The position numbers and the translations under genes were made by a program. DNA of 64,000 bases from Eledone cirrhosa (lineage: Eukaryota): the NCBI GenBank assembly GCA_964016885.1, contig OZ024741.1, forward strand, positions 109,182,001 to 109,246,000, given 5' to 3'. The notes beneath the pieces are model-generated. The model was not told where the DNA came from. It ran no database searches and saw only the letters and a program-made list of their open reading frames with translations. This document shows positions 1 through 12,439 of the stretch, in pieces. Positions within the stretch are counted from its first letter, which is position 1; every line of letters begins with the position of its first letter.

Positions 1-2887
1 GCGTCACCAGTACAAGGTTAAAGGACCAGCAGAGGGTTCCCGATGCCAGCGCTATATGTAAAAAGACAGAATACATGATGAACATAATGTCATAAAATGT
101 CTTAAAAATTAAAAAATTAAAAATTACACCAAACGTTTATCACTTAAATGGTGCAATATATGATAAAGAGGTTGGGAGAGCGTAGCAAGGGATGAGTGAG
201 GGTATTACTCAGCATGATCAGAAACAATAAGAAAATAATAAAAAAAATAATAATAAAAAAGTACAAAAATACAGGGATAAGAAAAGAGATAAATATAAAA
301 ATACAAAACAATAAAGGAACAAAAAGACCGGAACCCCCCCCCCCCAATATAAGACAAAGCAAAGCATAGATGCATCAAAGCAAAGCATAGATGCATCAAA
401 GCACAAGCAGTGCAAAAAGAGGGTGTACAGGCTGATCAAGAGAGTTTGCAAGCATGAGTCTGTGAAAAGAATAGTTGGTTAGCAGTGGTGCAGCCTTACA
501 TGTATGACAGTCCATATGAGGGATGGTGTACTCCAATTATATCGCCTTGTAACAGGTCGATTCTCCTTATCATATCCGCACCCTACGAACCACATCGATG
601 TGTTCAGTTCCGAACGTTAAGTGAGATAACACCAATTTTTCAAAACCTATACCCAGGGGATATATCACCCTAGGCGGTCTGGGATATACACCTAAAATCT
701 TAAATAAAAAATAAAAGAAAGTACGACAAGTTAAAGAAATGTATGGTACATATACACCCAGCACAGATGTAAGGAAATTGAAAACACGCCAGTTCCGCAG
801 AAACTGGCATTCCCCAAAATCCTCACGTTCGGTCGCTCAATCCAACGTGCCAGGTGAAATTCACTGTATGTCCAAGTTGGCGTTCAACCAATGTATCGCA
901 CCGCATACAACTGTACCACAGTAAATAGAAATCGTGATGGCTATCCCGTTACATATAGAGAAAAAGTGTATATAGGAAACTTCGCTTCCAGAATCACATA
1001 TGGCAAAATGAGCAGATATTGTTATAATAATAGACGGGTTTATTATAGTGAATGCAAATTTCTGTAGAATATCTAGATATATATAGAAGGGAGAACTCAC
1101 AACCAAACCTGTCAATGACTTTTCCCTATACCTAGCACAGCTTGATCCTATATAGGTACATACCCACACTAACCATGTTAGTATGGTTTATAAACAGACC
1201 CATTGTGCGCTAACTGATAGTACAGCACAATAGTCTGTCGAAAGTCCAGAAAACACCGCCGCAGCTATAAAGCGGGTGAATTGGGCACCCAGGGTCTAGT
1301 TAACCTTAACCATAAAGTGTGTAATAGATCTAACCTAGTATAGTCAACCATGGTAGCAAATCGCGTGGGCTGGGCGCCGCTGAATCGACCTAGCCCCAGA
1401 GGGAAGGGGAGGTTGATCGCCGATGGCTTCGAATCAAACAAAAGACTCGCCCCTAGCACCCCGTTGGATATCTAATGAATCCGCTCTTTATGACGCGAAT
1501 TGCCTCCCATACCTTTCATACGTACACTACGACTTCCTGTGTTTATATTCAGATAACCGTTGTGTGTTACTGGCGAGAGACTAATCTTTGAAAGTTGGAG
1601 TTAGTTGAATATAAATTGTGTTCCGGCTTTGATGAATTATAAAACCACACTCAACGCAAAGTGCAGCACTGGATATTGAACTCCCGCCGACCCAGGAGGG
1701 GTCACACCCGACTGTGAATGGATTGCAACCTCCGGAGTCAATAATCTAAACGAAAACCACGTGGCGGAAATATAAATAACATGGCTGTCATTGACAGGTT
1801 TGGTTGTGAGTTCTCCCTTCTATATATATCTAGATATTCTACAGAAATTTGCACTCACTATAATAAACCCGTCTATTATTATAACAATATCTGCTCATTC
1901 TGCCATATGTGATTCTGGAAGCGGAGTTTCCTATATACACTTTTTCTCTATATGTAACGGGATAGCCATCACGATTTCTATTTACTGTGGTACAGTTGTA
2001 TGCGGTGCGATACATTGGTTGAACGCCAACTTGGACATACAATGAATTTCACCTGGCACGTTGGATTGAGCGACCGAACGTGAGGATTTTGGGGAATGCC
2101 AGTTTCTGCGGACCCGGCGTGTTTTCAATTTCCTCACATCTGTGCCGGCTGTATATGTACCATACATTTCTTTAACTCGTCGTACTTTCTTTTATTTTTA
2201 TTTAAGATTTTAGGTGTATATCCCAGACCGCCTATGGTGATAAATCCCCTGGGTTTAGGTTTTGAAAAATTGGTGTTATCTCACTTAACGTTCGGAACTG
2301 GAACATATCGATGTGGTTCGTAGGGGGCGGATATGATAAGGAGAATCGACCTGTTACAAGGCGATATAATTGGAGTACACCATCCCTCATATGGACTGTC
2401 ATACATGTAAGGCTGCACCACTGCTAACCAACTATTCTTTTCACAGACTCATGCTTGCAAACTCTCTAGATCTGCCTGTACACCCTCTTTTTGCACTGCT
2501 CGTGCTTTGATGCATCTATGCTTTGCTTTGTCTTATATTTTTTTATTGGGGGGGGGGGGGGGGGGGTTCCGGTCTTTTTGTTCCTTTATTGTTTTCTACT
2601 TTTATATTTATCTCATTTCCTATCCCTGTATTTTTGTACTTTTTTATTATTATTTTCTTATTGTTTCTGATCATGCTGAGTAATACCCTCACTCATCCCT
2701 TGCTACGCTCTCCCAACCTCTTTATCATCTATTGCACCATTTAAGTGATACATTTTTGGTGTAATTTTTAATTTTTAAATTTTTAAGACATTTTATGACA
2801 TTATGTGCATCATGTATTCTGTCTTTTTCTATATAGCGCTGGCCTCAGGACCCCCCTGCTGGTCCTTTAACCTTGTTCTGGTGACGC
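1..2887. repeat. Large inverted repeat: arms 1-1119 and 1787-2887, spacer 1120-1786; probable PLE 3' region with inverted pseudo-LTR
   Basis: Window start gcgtcaccagtacaaggttaaaggaccagc is the near reverse complement of gctggtcctttaaccttgttctggtgacgc (~2858-2887). Mirrored ORF pairs (144..362 - vs 2523..2744 +; 861..1169 - vs 1791..2045 +). An HHR-like motif and AATAAA follow the right arm. Confidence 0.9.
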
Positions 2888-2929
2888 AGCTCGATGGAGC
2901 ATGTAACTACTGATATACTCATGTTTATA

Positions 2930-2976
2930 GGCTCAGATGATTCCTGCCATGGTGTATGGATGAAACACTGTTAGCT
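2930..2976 (+). ncRNA. Type I hammerhead-like motif, variant core CAGAUGA
   Basis: ggct-CAGATGA-ttcc..ggat-GAAAC-act-GT-T-agct, then AATAAA at 2977. Stem I ggct/agct, stem II tcc/gga. Confidence 0.6.
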
Positions 2977-3097
2977 AATAAAACAATGTATTTTTAAGCT
3001 CTCTTTGGTTATTCCTATAACTATATATATATATATATACATATACATATGGATGTGTGGGTTATATCGGAGATTAATAATAATGTTCGATTAATAA

Positions 3098-3279
3098 TAA
3101 TTGTTTCTACTTTTGGCACAAGGCCAGCAAACCCCAGTGCATTACTGGTACTTTATTTTATCGAACCTGTATGAAAGGTAAAGTTAACCTCGGTGGAATT
3201 TGAACTCAGAATGCCAAGGGCCGTAACTCTATGCGTCAAAGCATGGCGTCCGACCCTCTACCGATACTGCCAATCCACT
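3098..3279 (-). mobile_element. tRNA-derived SINE (family A)
   Basis: A-box tggcagtatcggtag, B-box gagttcaaattcc and central cctttcat..tcgataaaataaagtacc, shared with about a dozen copies in the window. Confidence 0.85.
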
Positions 3280-3535
3280 ACCAATAATGACTTCTCGTTG
3301 ATAAAGAGGTGTAAGATCACTTCACTGCACGTCAGTTGTATCTAGCGAACTTAAATGTGGCGATCAAACGTAACAGAGTTACCATGTATGAAATAAACGT
3401 AAAGACGGGTTATGTAATCATATTTATCAATTATTCGTATGCCTCTGATAACCGAATTGAGTTGTCTTCTAATCGTTAAAACAGTGACCTGCACCGGTGT
3501 GGCATAATGTTGGTGTCATGTAGCTCCAGGCTTTT

Positions 3536-3622
<87 letters not shown>

Positions 3623-3785
3623 ACATTATACGTACAAAATAATCAAATAGGAGATAAGTTGTAAGAATGATATGCCAGTAGTGAAGGGAACGGTGTGCTC
3701 AATGCGTATAAGATGCAAGACAAACGAACAATCTAAGTAAGCAAGAGAAATAATGTCAGCCAAAAAGTGTATAACCAAAGCATTA

Positions 3786-3885
3786 ATATAGAAATTAAAT
3801 GTTAGAGAAAACAATACCAAATTCTTGTACAAATATATTGGTTCAAGAATGTGCTATTGTTTTCTCTAACATTTAATCTCTATAT
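3786..3885. repeat. ~100-bp spacerless imperfect palindrome
   Basis: atatagaaattaaatgttagagaaaacaata... mirrored by ...tattgttttctctaacatttaatctctatat, centred on aatatatt (3832-3839). Confidence 0.85.
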
Positions 3886-4607
3886 ATATTTGTGTACATA
3901 TGTGTGTGTGCTTGTTTGTGTGTTCTTTGTGTGTGAGTTTCAGTGTGTGTGTGAATGTGTGTGCGCGTGCGTGTCTGTGTGTGTGGTATGGATAGGTGCA
4001 GTTATCTGAAAATTGAATTGTGCGTCAGATATATGTATAAATGTATTTCATTTTTTTTTCTTTTTGCGCCACCAGAAGGTAAAGCTTCCCTGGAAGTACA
4101 ATAAACCTGCACCCTTAAATAGTAATCTTATGCCCTCAATTTGATGCTAACTCGTGTGAGAATATACTTTGGTTCATATATGAATTCCTAAAATGTTATT
4201 GATCTGAAAACTGAAAATAACATTCTTAACACATTATTATAAGATGTCTGTGAAGTGTTGCGTTCAGAAAGAATCATGAACACTGCATATAAATGTTGAA
4301 AATTTGTATAAAAGTTGTGTGAGAATTTAGCAAATTTGAATGTACGTTAAATAAAGCTGCCATACATATATTTGGATGTGTATCTGAAAGTGGAGATACA
4401 ATTGCGTATACATATATCGGGGGCGAAGGCAAGCATTTGTGTGTTTGTAGATATATTTTAGGAAGAGTGTTTTCATATATAAAAAAGTATATCGGCGACT
4501 TGGATCAAGTTTCGCGTGTACATTTCTGTAAGTGTCTTTCACATCAATTATCTTAATTTTACCCGACCTATATTTACTGCGCTACGAAATGTGGAAGGTC
4601 TATATAT

Positions 4608-4685
<78 letters not shown>

Positions 4686-4730
4686 GTGACGAAACATTAG
4701 TCAATTGCATGAACTCATAATCCTTTATTT

Positions 4731-4786
4731 ACTGCTATATATATTTCGATGATAGCCATTGAATGGCTATGACCTCATCAGGCAGT
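4731..4786 (-). ncRNA. Type I hammerhead ribozyme, minimal palindromic stem III
   Basis: Minus strand: actgc-CTGATGA-ggtc atagccatt c aatggctat catc-GAAA-tatataT-A-gcagt, then aaataaa. Confidence 0.85.
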
Positions 4787-5284
4787 TAGTCAGTTCTTAG
4801 TTATGCCAGCTCTGTGTTTATAGTGTTGATGGTATCAGAGCATTGGGACATATGAGCTAGTTAGGAATAATTTAATGTTGTCAGCAGGAATAGTCTTAAT
4901 TCTCATTGGTCAGTTTGTAGATGTTAGTAGGGTTGCTATTTGTCCTCAAAGAGGCAGGTGGTGTTGTAAAGTTCAAACCGTCAGGCAAGGTGACAAGAGT
5001 TCAATATGACTGATTTTCACAAAAAGCATTCCTGGTCAGATATATATTCAATTAAGGTTAATAGTATGAAATAGATACTACAGGTCGTTCTTAAATTGAG
5101 GAATTTATGTGGAATGGTGCTACTGAAAATGATGGTTGGAGTAGAAAATTTACAAATAAAAAGACTTATGTAGGTTGGCTTGCACATACGCTCACATCCA
5201 CCTCCACAGACACACACACACATCCACACATACAAATTGAGGAATTAATGTGGGGTGGTAATACTTAAAATAATGGTTAGAGGC

Positions 5285-5316
<32 letters not shown>

Positions 5317-5436
5317 GTATATATATGAATGTATATATAGTGTATTTTGCAATACACTGTATGCTTAATTAAAAGCATTTTGTAGACCTTACGCTATTGT
5401 TTCAAAGTAGTGATTATGTCACTTACTTCTTTTTTC

Positions 5437-5518
5437 AGCAAACAAAGGGAGATAAGCTGACAGATCTCTGTTTCGTACTGTTGGTACTCCTCAGAGCTTA
5501 GCACTCCCTTTGCCTGCT
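5437..5518 (-). ncRNA. Canonical type I hammerhead ribozyme with extended stem I
   Basis: Minus strand: agcaggcaaagggagtgc taagct-CTGAGGA-gtac caaca gtac-GAAAC-agagatct-GTC-agctta tctccctttgtttgct. All three stems pair and the cleavage triplet is GUC. Confidence 0.93.
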
Positions 5519-5734
5519 AAAAATTATGAATGTTGGATTCTTATAGAATTCCAGTAATAATCAGGAACCGATTATACAGAGCGGTTGCCGGTCCAGCAAA
5601 AATTGAAAATTAGAATTGGTGCTCTGAAATAGCGATGTATATATGAATGTATCAGTTCCTGGGTATTGGCGGCGGCGGCGGAATATCTCTTCTTTCTGAT
5701 TTTTGAATTACACTTTGGTATATGTTAGGTTCAT

Positions 5735-6125
5735 TTTTTTTTTTTTTTTACATCTGTATATGTTCCCATCCACCTTTTAATTTATTCAAAAACAAAAAAA
5801 CAAGCCTTATTTAGCAAGAAAAAAAGGGGGGAGGACAAAATAAAAGAGAGAATAAGGAACTATACAAAAAAAAAGAGAGTAAGAAAGAAGAAAAAGAACA
5901 GGAAAAGAAGAGGGTGGCAAGAGCTCTGGTATCGCAGAAGAGAGGGAGGGGGATTGGATTTGGGGCCCAGGGTAAGGGGGCTGGAGTCCTGCGCCCCCAC
6001 GGAATAGACGGCAAAAGCATTCCTCCGGATGAAGGCCAGTGACACCCGCTGCAAAAGCCACCCAATCTCGCTGTGCACTCTTCTCAGACCGGCCGCCGAC
6101 GCTCCGATCTTGCGGAGTTTGAAGT
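5735..6125 (-). mobile_element. 3' fragment of a CRE-like (RLE) non-LTR retrotransposon
   Basis: EIGWLLQRVSLAFIRRNAFAV (ORF 5860..6078) resembles the CRE-clade C-terminal WLxQRLSxAxxRGNA motif, followed by AATAAA and a poly(A) run (T-run at ~5735-5749). Confidence 0.55.
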
Positions 6126-6635
6126 CTTTAAATATTCCGTTTCTTGTTTGTATTGTATTAGTTTATTTATGTCGATCAGTATTCTGGAGATATTCTTGGG
6201 TTCGGCTTTGACCCTTTTCTTTATTTACTTTAACCGTTACTTGTATTTCGTGATGTTATCTTTCTTGGTTTCTTTGAGTTTGTGATTGTATTTTAATTTC
6301 TAATATTTTCTCGTCTTTAGGAACTATCTTCCTAAATAAGTATGCCTGTTGGTTTCCAACGTTGTATTTAACTGTGCGCTATTTTCTTTCTAAAGATATA
6401 TTGTCGTATCTTTTTTTTTGTTTTTTTTTTTTGTTGTGTTAGATTGTGAAATTCATCATTTTATTCTTTTCTTTTATTGGTATCAATTATTCGACTGCGG
6501 TCATGCTGAGGTACTATCATGATTTAGTCGAATATCTCGATCTCCAGTGCTAATTTTATTGATCGCATCTATGTCAAAGCGCTAAATACGGGGTGTATAA
6601 AATAACGTAACCCCCCCCTACACACACACACACAC

Positions 6636-6666
<31 letters not shown>

Positions 6667-6667
<1 letters not shown>

Positions 6668-7288
6668 CCAGGGAGTGTAACTTGGAGTTACTGTAGGTTC
6701 ACCCGGGTGAGCACTCGATGTTTAGTTTCACTTCAGTGTCGAGGTGTAGAGCTATACAATGTGTAGTATAGCTCAATAAGATAACAAGGACGATTGGTTA
6801 CTCCTTCATTATGTTTATTGGTTGGTGATGCCCCTTTCGCCACTGACCAGCTCAAGGATCGATCTGTATCGATCTGACCTGACTCTGTAAACCGCGGCTC
6901 GTCAGACCCCTTGTAATGTTAATGGAAGAATGAATACATGCTGTATGATAAAGTCAGAAGTTCCAATGGTGGTCAATAAAGTTTGTTTTGATTGGTGGAT
7001 TAGTTCATAGGGATGTTTTTGCCTGTAGTGTATGTGGGGGGGGGAGTTTGTGGTGTCGATCGCAGGTTGAAGTGGGCGGTGGTGTGGGGGATGATGGCTG
7101 TCGGTAGACAGTTTGGCATGTAGATGTGGCTGATTTTTGTGTGAGGTGTGGGTGTGGTGTTATTGTTTGCGATAAAGATGAAAGGTTGCGGTGTTTATGG
7201 TGGTGTGATGATTGTGTTCCTGGTTTCATTCCCATAAGGAGATACATATACACGCACTAAGTCTGACAAATACGTAGTATAGATACAC

Positions 7289-7386
<98 letters not shown>

Positions 7387-7964
7387 AGGGGGGAGCGCCA
7401 GTGGTGATGACGTTCGTACATATATGTCTACACACAGACATGCGTTGTTTAAGGAGGGATGATATGTGTTGGTAATGTTGATGGTTGTGGAAGTATGGTG
7501 ATGTGTCCGGTGGTGGTGGTGGGGATGATTTACAGGATGGGTTACAAGTTAATACCTGACAGAGAAGACACATAGAACACAATAGCATTGAGATGAGGGA
7601 TGTATAGCGATGTGTTTGTTGGTGGTGGTGGTCGGGGTGAAGGGTGCGACATGATATTTACAAGATCTGATCTTACCATGTGTTACATGTTATAGAAGAC
7701 AAATGTATTGAGATGAGGGACGGTGTGGAAAAGCAAAATTGGTTATCCCTATGTTGGGTCAGGGTTAGTGTTTGGCCCTCGGCCGAATGTTTGTGCAGAG
7801 ATGGTGGTCATTCTGGTGTGTCTGCAGTTTATAATAATGTCAGATCTTGAGTTTATGGCAGATTTCAATTTAATGATCTCAGCCGCTTGGGCCAGGCATA
7901 ATCTGCAATGGTTTTGTCGTTGGGGAGATGGGACACACGACTTTTAACTGACCACTTGATCTTG

Positions 7965-7965
<1 letters not shown>
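6667..7965 (-). mobile_element. 5'-truncated PLE remnant (GIY-YIG C-terminus, 3' tail, HHR)
   Basis: Minus-strand translation [29 protein letters not shown] (~7815-7910) matches the C-terminus of the PLE ORF ending at 10878. HHR and AATAAA at the 3' end. Flanked by (TA)n. Confidence 0.7.
6824..6908 (-). ncRNA. Type I hammerhead ribozyme with long stem II and near-absent stem III
   Basis: Minus strand: ggt-CTGACGA-gccgc..(gatcgat acag atcgatc)..gtggc-GAAA-ggggcaT-C-acc, then AATAAA. Confidence 0.75.
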
Positions 7966-8056
<91 letters not shown>

Positions 8057-8107
8057 GTATATATATATGTATATATATGTACATATATATATATGCATAT
8101 ATATAGG

Positions 8108-8174
<67 letters not shown>

Positions 8175-8367
8175 TAAGTATGTACACGTACATACATATA
8201 TGTATACAGACGCACAGTAGTATGTATATATATATACATACATATATGTACGTATGGATTCACCGAACATTTATTATAATGCTCGGTGTGTTTGTAAACA
8301 AACATCCCGTATTAAGCCGTAGTGTCCAGCAACCATCGTTGCTCGTTTGTTCAACACTGACAAAGTA

Positions 8368-8410
8368 ACGCTGTACTAGTTTCAAGCTTATTAGCTATCG
8401 TCAGCAACGT
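8368..8410 (-). ncRNA. Minimal type I hammerhead ribozyme
   Basis: Minus strand: acgttg-CTGACGA-t agct aata agct t-GAAAC-ta-GTA-cagcgt. Palindromic stem III ACUAGU. Confidence 0.82.
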
Positions 8411-8769
8411 ATACCTTCCTGCCAGATTGTTGAACGTATTTACTTACCTTATGCATATTAACGGCTGAGCAGCCCAATTTGCATATTGAGTGGGTTAATA
8501 GGCCAGGTGCACCGAAAACGATAAACGGAAAAAATGAAACGAAATTTCATTTCCCACTCTTAGTACGGCTGTTACTTAAATATAAGTATGTACACGTACA
8601 TACATATATGTATACAGACGCACAGTAGTATGTATATATATATACATACATGCACACACATAATATGTATAAGGTAAGTATATACGTTCAACAATCTGGC
8701 AGGAAGGTATACGGTTGGAATACGATCATCAGCAGAGCTCAACACGATAGCCAAATTCTCACTGATTAA

Positions 8770-10878
8770 TATTCTACAAAGAACATACCCGTACCAAGCA
8801 GGAAAACATACCTAAAACTCCTGATACAGAAAACAGACTCGTTCATTAAAAGGTTGCGTTGGCGTGCCTTTTATTTCGATAATCCGCGAAAAGCAGACAA
8901 CAAACAGGATAAATTTGGATTTAAAACCTATCATAACCCCCCGTGTAATCCAGCATTGCTACCCTACGAAAATGATGTATTGGAACTTATTCGGAGTATC
9001 AAATTTCGGAATAGGAGCAATTCCTTCCAGCAAGACCTGAAGAATAGAATTCGTTATATTAAGGATTCTAATGCCGTGCACGTCCATTCCGACAAAACTG
9101 GCAACCTATGTCAAGTGGAGCGCAGTACTTACCATCAACTACTACATAATGCTGTAACTAAGGATTACCGTAAAACTAATCGGTGCGTCATCAATGAAAT
9201 CAACGATGCTGGGTTTAAAATCACATCTGATCTCAACATCCTGGACCGGACCGAACCTCTGGACCCTATTTCTCCCCACTTTACCCTGAAGGATCACAAA
9301 TCCAATTTTCCGAACAACCCCTCTATTCGGCTTATTAACCCTACGAAGTCCGATTTAAGTAGACTTAGTAAAATGATCCTTGATAGAATTATACCTGCAA
9401 TTAGAAGTGTGGCCCCTCTTGCACTGGGGAACAATTCTTTCGCGGTGATTGATTGGTTCAACGGCATATGTAACAAGGAACATTGCCGTTTTATCCAATT
9501 CGACATCAACAATTACTACTCCTCCATCATTTTACCACTTCTCCTTAGAGCTATCAATTTCGCTAAAACACTCACAGTGTTTAAGGATTTCGAAGTTGAT
9601 GTCATCCTCAATGCCCGAAAGTCGGTGATTAATTTCGACGACTCTATTTGGATTAAAAAATCCAATAGTACCCCATTCGACGTGAATATAGGCGCCGGTG
9701 ATTCTGCGGAGGTTACTGATCTTATCGGCCTTTTCCTTCTTTTCTCTATCAAGGACGAATTCCCCAACGCGGGAGGTGGTTTGTACCGTGACAATGGTCA
9801 TTTGACCATGACTAAGTGCGGACCTCGTGCTTGCGACAGGTTCAGAAAAGAACTTACAGCCTTCTTTAAAGGCTTCAACCTCTCTATACAGGTTGAGGCC
9901 AATCTCTCGGTCATTAATTACCTCGACGTTACACTCAATTTATTGAATGGGTTGTATTACCCGTATAGAAAGCCGAATGATATGCTTAATTTCCTAAGTA
10001 AGCATTCCAACCATCCTGCCAGCATAACCAAGAACCTGGTAAGAAACGTTTCGTTGAGGCTTTCTCGTCTTTCCACCAACGAGCGTATTTTCAACGACCA
10101 TTCCACTTATTACAATGAAGCTCTTGCTCGAAGTGGATTTGTCGATAAGGTAGCATATACAGAGCACGAAAATAAACCTAGAAGAAATAGACCCCGTCGC
10201 ATTTGTTGGTATAACCCACCATATAATATGGAGGTGGCCACACCATTAGCTAAGATCTTTCTTTCCCTTATTACGAAGCATTTTCCCCCTACACATAAAT
10301 ATAGTAAAATTTTCAATAGAAATACTATTAAAATTTCTTACTCTACGACTCCTAACCTTGCACATAACATCACAGCTTCAAATTTAACTAAACTACCTAG
10401 CCGTAGGAACACGTGCAACCCTGCAGTTAGTACTAACTGTAATTGTAGGAATCGGGTTGATTGCCCCCTATCCGGGAAATGCCTCTCTAGTAACATTGTC
10501 TACAAATGTAAGGTTGTAACACCCACGTCCCGTAGGGCCTACATAGGGTTAACCGCCAATAGATTCAAGAAGCGTCTTTACATGCATACCCATTCTTTTC
10601 GTTACCCTTTAAGAAGGAATATGACGTCACTTTCTGCTTATATCTGGAGTCTAAAAGACAACCACACCCAATATAAGTTACACTGGGAGATCCTAGCTAG
10701 GGCTAGATCGTATAACGGAAATAAAAGACCATGTGACCTCTGCGCCGCTGAGGCCCTGGAAATACTCTACGCCACTGACCACATCTTAAACAAAAAATCT
10801 GAGGCAATTTCGGCTTGTAAACATAAATTGCACAAAACTTTCTTGTATTACAGCCCCACGTTATACCCTAACGGATAA
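8770..10878 (+). CDS. Penelope-like element ORF: reverse transcriptase plus C-terminal GIY-YIG endonuclease (Naiad-like by N-terminal and linker motifs); catalytic motif reads YRDN
   Basis: The ORF-track frame (8854) extends in frame back to 8770 (YSTKNIPVPS..IKRLRWRAF). RT motifs SDKTGN, KDHK..IRLINP, QFDINNYY, GLYRDNG; linker CNCR..CPLSGKC; IVYKC..YIGLT; CDLC..E. No in-frame ATG at the expected start. Confidence 0.92.
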   Translation, partial: YSTKNIPVPSRKTYLKLLIQKTDSFIKRLRWRAFYFDNPRKADNKQDKFGFKTYHNPPCNPALLPYENDVLELIRSIKFRNRSNSFQQDLKNRIRYIKDSNAVHVHSDKTGNLCQVERSTYHQLLHNAVTKDYRKTNRCVINEINDAGFKITSDLNILDRTEPLDPISPHFTLKDHKSNFPNNPSIRLINPTKSDLSRLSKMILDRIIPAIRSVAPLALGNNSFAVIDWFNGICNKEHCRFIQFDINNYYSSIILPLLLRAINFAKTLTVFKDFEVDVILNARKSVINFDDSIWIKKSNSTPFDVNIGAGDSAEVTDLIGLFLLFSIKDEFPNAGGGLYRDNGHLTMTKCGPRACDRFRKELTAFFKGFNLSIQVEANLSVINYLDVTLNLLNGLYYPYRKPNDMLNFLSKHSNHPASITKNLVRNVSLRLSRLSTNERIFNDHSTYYNEALARSGFVDKVAYTEHENKPRRNRPRRICWYNPPYNMEVATPLAKIFLSLITKHFPPTHKYSKIFNRNTIKISYSTTPNLAHNITASNLTKLPSRRNTCNPAVSTNCNCRNRVDCPLSGKCLSSNIVYKCKVVTPTSRRAYIGLTANRFKKRLYMHTHSFRYPLRRNMTSLSAYIWSLKDNHTQYKLHWEILARARSYNGNKRPCDLCAAEALEILYATDHILNKKSEAISACKHKLHKTFLYYSPTLYPNG

Positions 10879-11795
10879 TACGATCTATACGTGGTTATTT
10901 TACGTCTTGATGTGGGAGCTAAGTATATGTTTTGTTTATACCTTTACTTATTTGCATAGGTAAGTACATATTACCCGTATGTTTTGTGAAGGCACGTATA
11001 CATTCTCGTACGTATATTTGATTGTTTATGGTATGGCGTATAATTTTATATATTCTGGTGCATATGGTTTGGCTACGTGTATACGGGAGTTTCGCGTCTG
11101 TGTGAATATGCACGTTCGTACGTATGTAGGGTGTGTGTATATGTGTACTTCATGTTTTGGTTGACTTACGTCTCCGAACATTCGTGTATTTACATGTAGG
11201 TATGTGTGTGCGCTTGTTATATACGTATTTATTTATTTATATACGTTTGTATAATTATTTATTTATTTGTATACACGCATACACACACACATATTTATAT
11301 GTGCGTGGTTTCGTTTACCTATGGTAAGTGTTTTGCGTTTGCCTGTGTATGTACGTATTTGTTTGTGTGTATGTATTTATTTATTTCTATTACTTTTATG
11401 TTGTATTTATTTACTTTGTTCTTAACTCTGTAGCGGAGATTCATTCGGTCTCCTAGTTAGAATTTTAGTCTACGACTTCTGCTATACCATTTACGTGGTT
11501 TTGTCTTTGTGTGCTATTGTTCTCCACGCTCCACATATGACGTTTTATCTTCGTTTTTTTCGTTCATTGCCAGAGAACGTCTCTATGAACCACCTAAGAG
11601 AACATTAGTCTAAGACCTCTTTTATACCCTAAACGTGCTTCTGTCTGCGTGTAATTGTTTTTCACCGCTCCTATTAATGACGTATAATATTCGTTTTTTC
11701 CCGCTCTTTGCCAGCGAACGTTTCCACGAACCAAAGTATCGGCTTCCTGTCTTCCTCCGGTTGCAACGTTTTTTGAAATATCCACTTCTGCGTTT

Positions 11796-11871
11796 ACAGA
11801 TTGACTTTGTTAGTTTCAGAAGATCCCGTTAAGGGTGAAAGCAGCGATTCTTTGCTTAAACTTTAATCTGT
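11796..11871 (+). ncRNA. Type I hammerhead-like motif, variant core CAGAAGA
   Basis: acagattga..agttt-CAGAAGA-tccc gttaa gggt-GAAA-gcagcgattctttgcT-T-aaact ttaatctgt, AATAAA at 11878. Ends the 3' tail of the PLE ORF. Confidence 0.72.
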
Positions 11872-12109
11872 TATTTTAATAAATATTTGCTCTACGGTTC
11901 TTATATATTTGATATATATTTATCCTTATCGAGCCCTCTTTGGATTTTAGTCTTCAAATGTATTATTATTACTATATATATATGTCTTAGAATGAAAAGA
12001 GAGTGAGAAAGGACGCAGTATCTCCCCAGTGTTTCAGGATGTTCATATTTCTCAATGTTTGTTTGTTTGGGTTTGTTTTTTAGTATATATTAACTGACTT
12101 CTCTACCAG

Positions 12110-12392
12110 TTTTATCAGCATATGCAGTGTAAAGTCTATTATAATTACAAAATATACACGTCTGCCGACTATATCTGAGCCTTATAATCGTATATGTAGC
12201 AATTAATCATCGTTCTTCAATAAATAATGCGGTCGTCTTTATATGAGGAAGTCTTAATACGTTGGAAGATCTCTCCAGGGATATAAATAGAGACTAACAA
12301 AGGAATTGAATAATTGTAAATGTACATTGCATTACACATAAATAAAATATTTAAAAGTTTTTAATGAATTGGTTTCAAATATTTGGTTATTT
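12110..12392 (+). repeat. Unclassified dispersed repeat, inverted copy at 60778-61097
   Basis: Shared blocks atgaggaagtcttaatac, aatagagactaacaaag and ttttaatgaattggtttc. Confidence 0.7.
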
Positions 12393-12439
12393 TGAAACAT
12401 TTTTATTATTCATATTATCATTACTATTTGGACAGTGAA

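Noticed and set aside
8715-8740. CTGATGA core on the minus strand
   Set aside because: No stem II or GAAA follows; at most a truncated remnant at a rearrangement junction.
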